Assembly: GCA_035327825.1 (NCBI GenBank)
Contig: DAOLCO010000013.1
Coordinates: 8,033-72,032 of the forward strand
Direction of reading: 5' to 3'
Source of the DNA: Oligoflexia bacterium
Lineage (GTDB): Bacteria > Bdellovibrionota_C > UBA2361 > SZUA-149 > DAOLCO01
Length of the DNA stretch: 64,000 nucleotides
A program made the translations under genes and the position numbers. The notes below the pieces were generated by a model, which saw nothing but the letters and a program-made list of their open reading frames with translations, had not been told where the DNA came from and searched no databases. Shown piece after piece: positions 17,760-27,270 of the stretch. Positions within the stretch are counted from its first letter, which is position 1, and every line of letters starts with the position of its first letter.

Positions 17760-18917
17760 ATGCATTCCTTACCATTATGTCTTGATTATGTGAAAAAAGT
17801 TTTATCAATCAGATTGTTGCCGAATAAATTTCCAGCACTACATGGTCTAAGAGCAATCTGCATCGCACTCATTGTTGTTTATCATATTCAACCCCGCTAT
17901 TTTACTATTTTAATTAATCTGTGGTTTTTAATGGATTCGGTTTTTGTACTTAGCGGTTTCTTGATTGGATTAATCCTTTTAAACGATCTATCGAGGGGCA
18001 AAGGTGGCTTACTAAGATTCTATTTACGTCGCAGCATGCGTATATTACCACCATACTATATCGTGCTACTAGGGGCAGCTGCAATTTACGGCATTCCAGA
18101 GCCACAACGCAAAAACTTCTGGCGAGAGCTGGTATTTCTCACTAATTACAATTTTGGAAACTATTTCATGAACTGGAGTTGGTCACTGTCTCTAGATGAA
18201 CACTTTTACGCAGTTTGTCCATTGTTGATTATGGTACTACATAAACTTAAGTCAATCTCAAAGCAAATAATAGTGCTATGCGTTCTCTGGATTAGTTGCC
18301 TTGCGGTTCGTCTTGCCATACTTGCTAAGTACGATAATTATCGCTGGGGACATTTTTTGGATGCGATATATTATCCCACTCATTGCAGATATGACACGCT
18401 TGTTGCGGGAATGCTGCTAGCATATTGTTTTTTCTATTTTCCTGAAAAATTACAAAGAGTCATGCAAAAACCTAGAATTAGATTCATATGCACAGCTATT
18501 AGTTTTTCCCTGTTCTCTTTCTTCGCTTTAGTTCCTGTTCTGTTTAAGGAGGGAAGTTTTATTCAAGGACTCATTTTTACATTCTGTTTTGGGACTCTTT
18601 CAAGCATTGCCTACTGCGCACTTTTCATTCATGTTATTTTAGTTCCCTCAAGATTCTCCCGATTTTTATCGCACCGCGTTTTTCTATATTTGGCAACTCT
18701 TTCATACGGATTTTACCTCGTTCACCTGTTTGTTCAACGATGGCTGACCCGGCCCATGTTGAAAAGAATTGGAATTGACTATTACCAAACGCAAAGCTTT
18801 GGTGGTTGGGTAAGTGAATGTTTATTTGTAACGATTGTATCGCTACTGCTAGCCTATTTTCTCCACCTATTTGTAGAGAAGCCAATGTTAGCAATGCGTG
18901 AGAAATATCTTCGATAG
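17760..18917 (+). CDS. Acyltransferase family 3 (OafA-like) integral membrane O-acyltransferase
   Basis: N-terminal LHGLRAICIALIVVYH motif, then ~10 hydrophobic segments and SYGFYLVH near the C-terminus. Confidence 0.75.
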   Translation: MHSLPLCLDYVKKVLSIRLLPNKFPALHGLRAICIALIVVYHIQPRYFTILINLWFLMDSVFVLSGFLIGLILLNDLSRGKGGLLRFYLRRSMRILPPYYIVLLGAAAIYGIPEPQRKNFWRELVFLTNYNFGNYFMNWSWSLSLDEHFYAVCPLLIMVLHKLKSISKQIIVLCVLWISCLAVRLAILAKYDNYRWGHFLDAIYYPTHCRYDTLVAGMLLAYCFFYFPEKLQRVMQKPRIRFICTAISFSLFSFFALVPVLFKEGSFIQGLIFTFCFGTLSSIAYCALFIHVILVPSRFSRFLSHRVFLYLATLSYGFYLVHLFVQRWLTRPMLKRIGIDYYQTQSFGGWVSECLFVTIVSLLLAYFLHLFVEKPMLAMREKYLR

Positions 18918-18940
18918 TTTATTCGTGATCTATCTTAATT

Positions 18941-19112
18941 GGAGTGTTGCTAAATGGCTTTTTTAAAATCGGGTCTTCGAGATTGAAGAAATAGGCCTTA
19001 GGTAAACTTTTTTGTTTTACTCCTCGCATCTGGTGTTTATCTGGCCATCCAGATTTCGGTGAGTGCTCGGTCGAGTCGGCGTTCCGGCCTGTTGCGAAAC
19101 AGGCCCTTAATG
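18941..19112 (+). repeat. Repeat family B, copy 1 (~172 bp)
   Basis: Aligns by hand to the reverse complement of 23062-23294. Shared blocks: GGAGTGTTGCTAAATGGC/GGAGTCTTGCCAAATTGC, GCCTTAGGT, GCCATCCAGATTTCGGTGAGTGCTC/GCCATCCGGACTTCGGCGAGCGCTC. It ends in the hairpin GGCCTGTT-GCGA-AACAGGCC. Confidence 0.75.
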
Positions 19113-19119
19113 ATTTGAT

Positions 19120-20415
19120 TTAAATCAAATCATTATCTGATCTTTTACCGTACTCGATTAGTGGTCTCTCGACAAACACATGGCAGGGAATACTGAAAAT
19201 AAATGTTAATAGCGTAGCTAAGCAAAAAATTCCAAAGCCTTGCTGGAAGCTGATAGAAGAAATTTGTTTCGAATCCACATTTCTGCAAACTGCAGATATT
19301 GCTACATTTAAAAAAGGAAAATGAAACAGATACATAGGATAAGAAAGACAAGAAATGGGGAGCCAAATCCTACTTTTACTCACGCTTTTCAAGAATCGAA
19401 ATACGCACCAGTTTGAACACCAAGAGCCGAGTATTAGCAACATCAAGCCAAATGCAAAAATTTGCCTGACAGACATCAAATAACAGAAATGCAAAACAGT
19501 ATTGAAATTGCTATACCAAAATGAATCAGGATGATAAACTGGCATCGCAGAACCTGCTAATATACAAAGAATAGCTAACGTAAAAAAAACGACGGAATTT
19601 ATCTTCCTGCTAAATAAGAATTTGATTCTATGAAATTCAAAAACCTTAATATATGCCAACAATAAACCAACTGCAAAGGCACCAAAACGTGTCGAATTGG
19701 CCTCATAGAATACCTTGCCCATTTTATTTAATAAGACTGATCGATCTTCTGCCAATAATAAGTCGGTTAGGGGTCGCATATATAGCTCAGGGTATTGCAT
19801 AAGCCGTAAAGCGCAGCACATAAAAGAAAGGGCAATAAGGGTAAGTATTATTTGAAACTTGTATTTGATTTTTTTTAATACCAGAAACAATAGTGGCAGC
19901 AATGCATAGTACTGAACTTCCACCAACAATGACCAGCCGACCGGTATAATTGATATTTGACCTTCAATTAAGTTATTAACTAAAAATAAATTAGACCAAA
20001 AATACTTTCCATGATAACTCCAGTTAAAGGCCGAATATAGAACTAAAGCGACAAAAAATAAGGGATAAATACGCCAAAATCTTTTTTTATAAAAACTGAG
20101 GGCATCTGAAAAATCAAAGCTCTTCAGCTTTGAAAACAGCGATATCCCCAATACTGTTGCGCTAATCAGGAAAAAGGCGTCAACACCCTTTTCGCCATGC
20201 CAGAGGGGCTGCAATATCGGAGGCATATTCAGTACGAAGTGTTTTTGCCCCTCAAATTCTCCAATTTTTAAAATGCTAGTCACCACATGAAAGGCAAGAA
20301 CACTCAAAACAGATAACACTCTCACAGCATCGATTACAGTATCTCTGTTTGGATTCGGTCTAAATATGTCGATAAAATACTGTTTAAACTTCAATTTAGC
20401 GACCCATATCGGCAA
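19120..20415 (-). CDS. Acyltransferase family 3 integral membrane O-acyltransferase
   Basis: IDAVRVLSVLSVLAFHV motif, a polytopic hydrophobic profile, and SYPMYLFH near the C-terminus. Confidence 0.75.
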   Translation of the reverse strand: MPIWVAKLKFKQYFIDIFRPNPNRDTVIDAVRVLSVLSVLAFHVVTSILKIGEFEGQKHFVLNMPPILQPLWHGEKGVDAFFLISATVLGISLFSKLKSFDFSDALSFYKKRFWRIYPLFFVALVLYSAFNWSYHGKYFWSNLFLVNNLIEGQISIIPVGWSLLVEVQYYALLPLLFLVLKKIKYKFQIILTLIALSFMCCALRLMQYPELYMRPLTDLLLAEDRSVLLNKMGKVFYEANSTRFGAFAVGLLLAYIKVFEFHRIKFLFSRKINSVVFFTLAILCILAGSAMPVYHPDSFWYSNFNTVLHFCYLMSVRQIFAFGLMLLILGSWCSNWCVFRFLKSVSKSRIWLPISCLSYPMYLFHFPFLNVAISAVCRNVDSKQISSISFQQGFGIFCLATLLTFIFSIPCHVFVERPLIEYGKRSDNDLI

Positions 20416-20466
20416 ACTTTAATCAGATTTATCTTCATTAGTATGTATAAAAATGCCCACATTCTC

Positions 20467-20650
20467 CTGGCCCGCATTATTCATGTGACTCCGTCACGAG
20501 AGAGGTGAGTATTTGAGTTTGCATGTGCTTTATGGATTTTTTGGGACAATAGTGTGCCGAGGCACATAGAGGTCGAAAAAAAGTGCAAAGTGCCAGAAAA
20601 ATTAAGCAATCGCCTCTCGCAGTAGGTGGATCATGAATATTGCAGGCTAT
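20467..20650 (-). mobile_element. MITE-like element A, copy 1 (184 bp, terminal inverted repeats)
   Basis: About 85-90% identical by hand alignment to the reverse complement of 41121-41304. Ends are CTGGCCCGCATTATTCATG ... CATGAATATTGCAGGCTAT. Internal palindrome TGTGCCGAGGCACA. No transposase. Confidence 0.75.
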
Positions 20651-20860
20651 TGTAATGATAATTCGGTCATCACACTGCGTCAATCTAGAAATTTACATAA
20701 TTGAAATGACTATGCCAGGCCGGATGAAAGCATTGATGGTCAAGACTGAACTGCTAACCATAAAATCCAATCAATATCCCTGATTACTGACAAGAACCTG
20801 TCAAGAATCCTGCGATCAAAATAAATATAAATACAAGAACTTGGTGGTGAAAATTACTAA

Positions 20861-21718
20861 TCAAGATTTCTTTATGATTCTACCAAAAAAAGTATTTATA
20901 AATGCAGGTTGACCGCTTGAAAGAGCAAAAGATATCGTTATGTGCAAATTGCCAAATAATATTATATTTTCTAACAAAAACATTCTACTATTCGCGATAG
21001 GAATAAAAATTAGTAGTCCAAATAATATGTTAACAGCTACTGATATTAGTAAGTATTTTAAGAAAAAATTATTTCTTACCTTGCCAATTATTGTTCCATA
21101 TAAGGGATATAATGCCCACCAAACAATGTGATAAAATAAAGCTGATTCTATTAACGCATATCCAAATAAAGAAAAAGCGCTTGCGCATACCAAACCTGTT
21201 ATTTCATAAAGTACAAAAAACCACGACCATGCATTCATAGATTGGACTTTAAATATATATTTAACAAACAGTGCGCAAAAGAGTCCACTAAAAAATAAAA
21301 CATAGAAAAACTCAAGTGGAATTATTTTTATAACTGGTGACTGATTTATCATAACACCGTACATACCTGTGGCAGTAAAGAGATGAAATAGCCTAGATAT
21401 TCCGGATTGATGGTTGCATTCTTTTATATATATTTCTGTGCAAATGAAATGAATTCCAAAATATAGTTCTAATGGTAAATATCCTGAAAATTGTGCAGTT
21501 GAAAAAAGTGCAATTAGTAATAACCAGCGGGTAAATAATGTTATAGTATCAGCGGGAAATAGGGTTCCCGTCAAATTTTTTGCAAAGAATAAATGAAGAA
21601 AATAGTGTGAATATAAAATGGTTGAAAAAATAAATGAATATCCAGAATATGACGTGCTAAGTATTAAAACAAAAAGTAGGGAAAAAGTAATAAGCCTAAT
21701 GATAGCTATGATAGTCAA
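20861..21718 (-). CDS. Polytopic membrane protein of unknown function (285 aa)
   Basis: Eight or more hydrophobic segments. Extremely AT-rich coding sequence (about 22% G+C in a sampled 60-nt line). Confidence 0.55.
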   Translation of the reverse strand: MTIIAIIRLITFSLLFVLILSTSYSGYSFIFSTILYSHYFLHLFFAKNLTGTLFPADTITLFTRWLLLIALFSTAQFSGYLPLELYFGIHFICTEIYIKECNHQSGISRLFHLFTATGMYGVMINQSPVIKIIPLEFFYVLFFSGLFCALFVKYIFKVQSMNAWSWFFVLYEITGLVCASAFSLFGYALIESALFYHIVWWALYPLYGTIIGKVRNNFFLKYLLISVAVNILFGLLIFIPIANSRMFLLENIILFGNLHITISFALSSGQPAFINTFFGRIIKKS

Positions 21719-21801
21719 GATATTTAATAGATAAATAATAATTTCTTGTTTGTAATAGAATCATTAAACAAAAAGTAAAACAAATTATAAATTGGACATT
21801 T

Positions 21802-23001
21802 TTACCAATGAGGACTGTCTCCATCAAGCATTGAAAAAGATAAATTTTGTATGTTATCTAAAAATGTTTCATCATTACTCCAAAAAAAATAATCATTGTA
21901 ATTAGCTATAGAGAGTTTTAAAACAAAACTTAAGAAGCCAAGATCGTTTATGAAATCTTTGGGAAAAGTGAAGATTGATGCATTGGATTGTAGAAAATTT
22001 CTTATAATAATGTATCCAAGGTATTTTTTGGCTTTAATGCTAGAGGCATTATAGTCCAATATTTTTAATATAATTTTTTCATTATCTTCCGAAAAAGAAC
22101 AAACTAGGCCTGCTAGTATTTCCCCATTTTTATCTTTTAGAGAAATTACTTTATACTTTATTTTTTTACTTAGAGAATTAAACGCATATTTTTTTTCAAT
22201 ATCATTAATTGAAAGAGTATCATTTTCATTGGTTATTTCGGATTTATTATATATTTCTCTTATGGGTAAGGAGAGAAACCAAGGGTTGTTAACTATCCAT
22301 TCTAGACTATGATTTGAATGGGAAAATGAATATTTTCTTTTTAAAGTCAAGTATGTGCTAATTTCTCTGCTTAATGTGGAACTCTGGTTTATAATTACTT
22401 CTGAGGATGGTAACTTAATTAAGCCAGCAAGTATATTTCTATATTTAGCAGAAATTGTTAATAGTATTTTTTGAGTCAAAGAAGAGGATTTTTCACTTTT
22501 ATGCTTAGATAGCTTCAATCTAATGAGTGTAATAATTTTTATACTTAGTAAAAAGGGATCAATCAAGAATGCATGAAAATTTCTACTTAAATTGATTTTA
22601 ACTTCGTTAAAATTGTGTCTTCTATAAAATCTTTTTGAGATTTCATTATTACCAGTGCTAATGATAGTATCATAATAAGATTTCGCAAATTCCATTCCCA
22701 AGTAACTAGCGTTCCTATTTTTAGATATTTTTCCTGTACTTGTCCAAGCTATCTTTCGATTACTTCCGTTTATATTAATTACTCCGGGAATTAGTCCCAT
22801 GTACCCAACGCATTTATTTTTGGAATCAAAAGCTATAACAAGAGCGTAGTCAGTATTTGCTGCTAAAGGATTTTTGACTAGTTGTCGCGCTCTGTGTCTA
22901 TCTATTGGAATGAGACCTTGATGTTTGCCATTTGCAACTTCATTTGCATACTCTATCAACTCAGAATAACTTATTCCTTTAATATTACAAAAATTATTCA
23001 T
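21802..23001 (-). CDS. Hypothetical protein (399 aa), possibly with an N-terminal acetyltransferase-like fold
   Basis: Long ORF in a very AT-rich block. The N-terminal third (ALVIAFDSKNKCVGYMGLIPG...SKRFYRRHNFNEV) loosely resembles GNAT strands. Function not supported beyond that. Confidence 0.45.
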   Translation of the reverse strand: MNNFCNIKGISYSELIEYANEVANGKHQGLIPIDRHRARQLVKNPLAANTDYALVIAFDSKNKCVGYMGLIPGVININGSNRKIAWTSTGKISKNRNASYLGMEFAKSYYDTIISTGNNEISKRFYRRHNFNEVKINLSRNFHAFLIDPFLLSIKIITLIRLKLSKHKSEKSSSLTQKILLTISAKYRNILAGLIKLPSSEVIINQSSTLSREISTYLTLKRKYSFSHSNHSLEWIVNNPWFLSLPIREIYNKSEITNENDTLSINDIEKKYAFNSLSKKIKYKVISLKDKNGEILAGLVCSFSEDNEKIILKILDYNASSIKAKKYLGYIIIRNFLQSNASIFTFPKDFINDLGFLSFVLKLSIANYNDYFFWSNDETFLDNIQNLSFSMLDGDSPHW

Positions 23002-23061
23002 AATTGAATAAATAGATCAATAGCATAAAACTGTAAAGGTTCAGGGTGAAGCGAAAAATTA

Positions 23062-23294
23062 CATAAAGGGCCTGTCGCGAAACAGGTCTGGACACTGACT
23101 CAACTGAGCGCTCGCCGAAGTCCGGATGGCGGTCACATTTTTGGGACATCAATCAGAAAATGCAAGGAGATTCCAGTGCCATCCCTGGCCCATGAAGAAC
23201 CAGATAGGGGAAGTAAAATTAAAAAGTCCACCTAAGGCTTGTCACTTTAACCTTAAAGCCCCAATTTTTTAAAAGGCAATTTGGCAAGACTCCC
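23062..23294 (-). repeat. Repeat family B, copy 2 (~233 bp; carries a ~60-bp internal insertion relative to copy 1)
   Basis: Reverse complement aligns with 18941-19112. Its terminal hairpin is CCTGT-CGCGAA-ACAGG at 23071-23086. Confidence 0.75.
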
Positions 23295-23654
23295 TTATGG
23301 GACATTTTGCAAAACGACGATTTTTGCTCACATTCATCAGAACGAAAGATTTCTGCGATTTTTATGTATTTGAACCTACCCCCCTTCTCTACCTGTTTGA
23401 ATAAATAGAACCTGTTTTTCGTTTTTAAACAAAATTCTCATTATTCCACAGACCAGATATATTAACTTCTGGAATCCTTATCTATCAGCTTAAGGACTCT
23501 TGATTTATAACTTACTGTTTTTCATATTTCAACATTTTGCTATTTCAGATAAAATAAAAAAATTCGGAGTTATCAGTATGTTAGTAGCCACAAACCTATT
23601 CTTCCGATCCTAATCAGGAGTGTTTTTACTTTTTAATCGTTCTAAGGGTATTAA

Positions 23655-24335
23655 TTGTTGATCCTCAGGCCTGTTTTTATACAAATTTTTTTTCTTCTTA
23701 CAGCGTGTTTCCCATCTCTGGTAAAGGCTACTGATTCTGAACTTTGGATTTTTCAGCATCTTGCTATTGATCGGGCTGAAAATCATGAGGTATTTGTTGG
23801 TTTGCACGCACGAGCGAGAGAGTCGGGAACTCCTAGTCTTTATCAGATTCAGCCACGTTTTGCATTTCGTCTTCACCAATGGTTATGGTTAGGAAGTAAT
23901 TATTCATTTTTTGGAATTCGTCGAACCGGGGATTTCGCCCGAAGCGAGGATTTATTTTCTAACCAGCACAGATTGGAAGGAGAAATTCAAGCACGCTTGT
24001 TTTTATCAAAAGATATTCGTTACATTGCGAGAAACAGGTTTGAGTATCTAATGAATAGCAGTTTGGATAATATCAACGAGCGATTTAGACATCGTTCGCA
24101 GTTTTTACTGGATTCTTTTAGTGATGGATTCGGTACATTAATTAGTCAGAGTGAGGTGTTTTACGATTTTCAACTAAGTAATTTTAATCAGACAAGAACT
24201 GTTCCTTTAGGTTTAAGAATAAGTTTTGAATCCTGGTCAATTCAGCTTCAACCCATGATCCTACATCTTCGTGTACCAGAAAAAGGATGGACATCACGTT
24301 TTGTTGCTAACATAGAGCTAACTTACGAATTTTAA
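23655..24335 (+). CDS. Putative outer-membrane beta-barrel protein (DUF2490-like)
   Basis: Signal peptide (ILRPVFIQIFFLLTACFPSLVKA), alternating amphipathic beta-strand pattern and a C-terminal ...LTYEF (terminal Phe). TTG start. Confidence 0.4.
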   Translation: MLILRPVFIQIFFLLTACFPSLVKATDSELWIFQHLAIDRAENHEVFVGLHARARESGTPSLYQIQPRFAFRLHQWLWLGSNYSFFGIRRTGDFARSEDLFSNQHRLEGEIQARLFLSKDIRYIARNRFEYLMNSSLDNINERFRHRSQFLLDSFSDGFGTLISQSEVFYDFQLSNFNQTRTVPLGLRISFESWSIQLQPMILHLRVPEKGWTSRFVANIELTYEF

Positions 24336-24336
24336 A

Positions 24337-24906
24337 TTAATCCTTGCTTCTGATTGCATATATTTCAGGAAGATTTCTAAAGGTGTTGTTATCATCAAAC
24401 CCCATACCCACCAGCCATTCTTCTGAGGTTAGCTTAAATGCGAAATAATCCGGGGTAAACTGGGATCGGTTAGTATCTCTGTAGACCATTACAGCAGATT
24501 TTATTGAACTAACACCCTTGTTCCTCAGATGGTTGGTTAAAACAGACAGAACACGTCCGCTATCACAGATATCATCAACAATAAGAACAGAGTGTCCTGA
24601 TAAATCCCTTGAAATTTCTATAGGCGGTAATTTATCATCTGGTATTGGATTATTATTGCCATCGTAGGTCTGAAGCTTGCAAAATTCAGCCTGAACATCC
24701 TGGGGAATTGATCGAAGTAAGTCAGAAAAGAAAAAAATTGCACCTCTAAGAATGCAAAGAGCAATTACGGGCTTGCCGGTTCTATTCTTCTCTTCGGTGA
24801 TCCAGGAATCAATTTCAAGACCAACCCTTTCAGTGTGAGCTTTGATTTCTTCCTTAGTGAATAATAGAGAATATTTATCTGACATATTGTTATTAAGAAT
24901 GGTCAA
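24337..24906 (-). CDS. hpt: Hypoxanthine-guanine phosphoribosyltransferase
   Basis: PRPP-binding motif VLIVDDICDSGRVL. LRGAIFFFSDLLR and VGMGFDDNNTFRNLPEIY match the Hpt pattern. Confidence 0.8.
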   Translation of the reverse strand: MTILNNNMSDKYSLLFTKEEIKAHTERVGLEIDSWITEEKNRTGKPVIALCILRGAIFFFSDLLRSIPQDVQAEFCKLQTYDGNNNPIPDDKLPPIEISRDLSGHSVLIVDDICDSGRVLSVLTNHLRNKGVSSIKSAVMVYRDTNRSQFTPDYFAFKLTSEEWLVGMGFDDNNTFRNLPEIYAIRSKD

Positions 24907-24991
24907 GTTATTGTATGATTTGCCTGAAACATTAATATTATATTTAAGATTGCGCTATATATAATATAGCTTAAAATTCTAATTCTCCGAT

Positions 24992-26098
24992 TTACCAATC
25001 AAAGCTTATATTGCATTCTGTTCTGTAGGTAGGGGAGATTTTTGCAGATTTCATGATTTCAGGATAAAGTTTGGAAGTATAGTCGCCTTCTAGAGAAAGG
25101 TATATATCTTTTGCGCGCCTTTTTTCTCCTATGTAAGCTAGTGCGCCTGCAAGCTGCAATCTTCCAAAGACCATTTGACGAGTATCTCCACGATAAGCTG
25201 CTTTAAGAATGACTGAATTAAAGATCATTTCAATTATATCAGAACCAAGATGTTCAGGAGAATCAGGAAAATTGTTTGCTACATTATCAGGGGTTAGAGA
25301 TTTTTTTAATACAAAAGTGTATGTGCTATCGACCATTGCAATTTGCTCAAAGTGATCTCTGAAAATTTCTACGAAGCTCGGGATCCAGAAGCATGTATAC
25401 CAGCCATAATCCTGAAATATTACATAAGATCCATTTCGAATGTTGTTGGCTATCTCCATGAAAAATGCTTTTGTTCCGTACCAGGACTTACAGCCGTCAA
25501 CAAATACGCATTCAAAATTAGAATCTTTTGGTACCGAAAAAATGCTATCTTTATCCCTGTCTTCAATTTTATCGGGTACTATTCCAGTATTTGCACTAAT
25601 CAGTGAATAATAATCCTGATTATTATGAATTAATTTGAAAATCTCAAAAAATTCCCTGGTTTCAGTGGTTTCATTTTTAAGCTCATCATACAAGCTGGCT
25701 GGCAAGGCTCCTGACTCAAAAAGTGGCAGTAGAAAACTTGCAAATGATTCTCCTGTATAATAGGCACTAAACTGATCATAGGTTAGGAACTTGTGTTTTG
25801 ATATACTAAACGCAGGATTGTTTAGCATGCCAAGAGCTATTGCTCTTGTTGTTCCTCCAAGAAAGGGGCCAATTTCAAGTACATCTCCTGTGCCAAACCA
25901 GAGGTAGCGAAAAAAATTATATAAAAATCTGCGTTCTTCAATTGTAGTTTCAGATGGTATTTCCCTGAGGCGTTTTTCTATAATGTCATCATCAACAGAA
26001 ACACTTAAAAGTCTTCCGAGTAGTCCTGGAAGCTTGTCATCTCCAACGGAAAGTTGAAAATTTTTATTGGATAATATTTCTAAGGCTGATCTGGACAT
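24992..26098 (-). CDS. Putative class I SAM-dependent methyltransferase-fold protein (368 aa)
   Basis: VLEIGPFLGGTTRAIALG (motif I-like) and VFVDGCKSWYGTKAF...VIFQDY resemble Methyltransf_24/TylF-like folds. Assignment is weak. Confidence 0.4.
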   Translation of the reverse strand: MSRSALEILSNKNFQLSVGDDKLPGLLGRLLSVSVDDDIIEKRLREIPSETTIEERRFLYNFFRYLWFGTGDVLEIGPFLGGTTRAIALGMLNNPAFSISKHKFLTYDQFSAYYTGESFASFLLPLFESGALPASLYDELKNETTETREFFEIFKLIHNNQDYYSLISANTGIVPDKIEDRDKDSIFSVPKDSNFECVFVDGCKSWYGTKAFFMEIANNIRNGSYVIFQDYGWYTCFWIPSFVEIFRDHFEQIAMVDSTYTFVLKKSLTPDNVANNFPDSPEHLGSDIIEMIFNSVILKAAYRGDTRQMVFGRLQLAGALAYIGEKRRAKDIYLSLEGDYTSKLYPEIMKSAKISPTYRTECNISFDW

Positions 26099-26107
26099 AT
26101 TGTCACA

Positions 26108-27025
26108 CTAGTTAATTTCCCATTCAAATAACTGTTTTAATGATTCAGGTGATTTTTTGTTGCCAGCACCAATTAACCATTCACCAAGATCCTTGTTCTC
26201 CTTGCCCATAGTTGGTTCGGCAATAAATTCGGTCAAGAATTGATTTTCTCCCTGTTTTGCCCTGTCTCTTATGTCTTTTCGTGTTTGCTCATCAAATGAG
26301 GCCCAGGTTATATCCTTTAAAAGCTCCTTATCTTCAATTTCCAGATGCTTGCCGAATGCTGAAACTTTCATTCCAAAAGAAAGCGCATATGCAAAGTGAC
26401 TCCCCCAGCCGTTAGTTGTCATATATTCAAACTGCTCCATCAGGCAGCGCATTCTTAGCAGTGCGTTAAGATCCGAAGTGAGGGCTCCTGGAATTATATC
26501 TACTCCGATACTTTTAAATTCTTCGATGAAATATCCGTTAATAAGACAGCTTGGGCTCACGCATGCTGCAACAGCATCGAAGGAACTTATGTATGGTTTA
26601 AGTGATTCAACGTAACTTATGTGATCTTCCCTGGAGCCTCGTTTCATTCCAACAAGGGAGTGTTGTGGCATTATCAATAGTGTATTACTGGTTCGCTTTA
26701 CGGGTTGAGGGGATACATAAACAATGGGAAGTCCTATTGCTTGTGCTTTTTCAAAACCAGCATCTATTAGTCTTTCTTCTTCATCTTTTCTTGCAACAAA
26801 AAGCTTTTTTTTTCTGGCATCGGGGGTGTTGCAAACCATCATTTCTGGAGTAGGTGACCATGGACCTTCGCTGCCATGTTGCCATACGTGGGGAAAATGT
26901 GGATCAGGTTTACTCATGCCACAGTAAGCAGCCGCAACATAAAGTGCGCCATAGTGATCTGACCATGCAGTTTCATGAGCATGAGTTTGTTGAAACTGAA
27001 TAATTTCAGGAAGTGATATTTCCAT
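26108..27025 (-). CDS. Hypothetical protein (305 aa)
   Basis: Long ORF co-directional with 24992..26098 and 9 nt upstream of it. No motif recognised. Confidence 0.5.
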   Translation of the reverse strand: MEISLPEIIQFQQTHAHETAWSDHYGALYVAAAYCGMSKPDPHFPHVWQHGSEGPWSPTPEMMVCNTPDARKKKLFVARKDEEERLIDAGFEKAQAIGLPIVYVSPQPVKRTSNTLLIMPQHSLVGMKRGSREDHISYVESLKPYISSFDAVAACVSPSCLINGYFIEEFKSIGVDIIPGALTSDLNALLRMRCLMEQFEYMTTNGWGSHFAYALSFGMKVSAFGKHLEIEDKELLKDITWASFDEQTRKDIRDRAKQGENQFLTEFIAEPTMGKENKDLGEWLIGAGNKKSPESLKQLFEWEIN

Positions 27026-27270
27026 TTAGGAGCCACTATAATTTGATTTTAGTGCTATCTTATAATTCTTAGATGAGTAACTAGCTCAGATGCTTCAATA
27101 AAATGATTATTTGTCAAGTTCTATAGTCAAGATTTGAATTTTCTAAAGGATAAAACTCGCTTAAAATACAAAAGGTTATCACGTGCTTTAATAACATCTT
27201 CTGCTCTAATACTATCATCTTAAATATGATTGGTAATGAGTAATTATTAGCAATAACAAGGGTTATTGAA

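Noticed and set aside
20477-20683. ORFs 20477..20683(-) and 41100..41294(+) encoding similar 64-68-aa 'proteins' (…HDPPTARGDCLIFLALCTFFRP…)
   Set aside because: The similarity exists because both are the same 184-bp MITE-like repeat read in one frame. They have no RBS, and the ORF ends do not coincide with the repeat ends.
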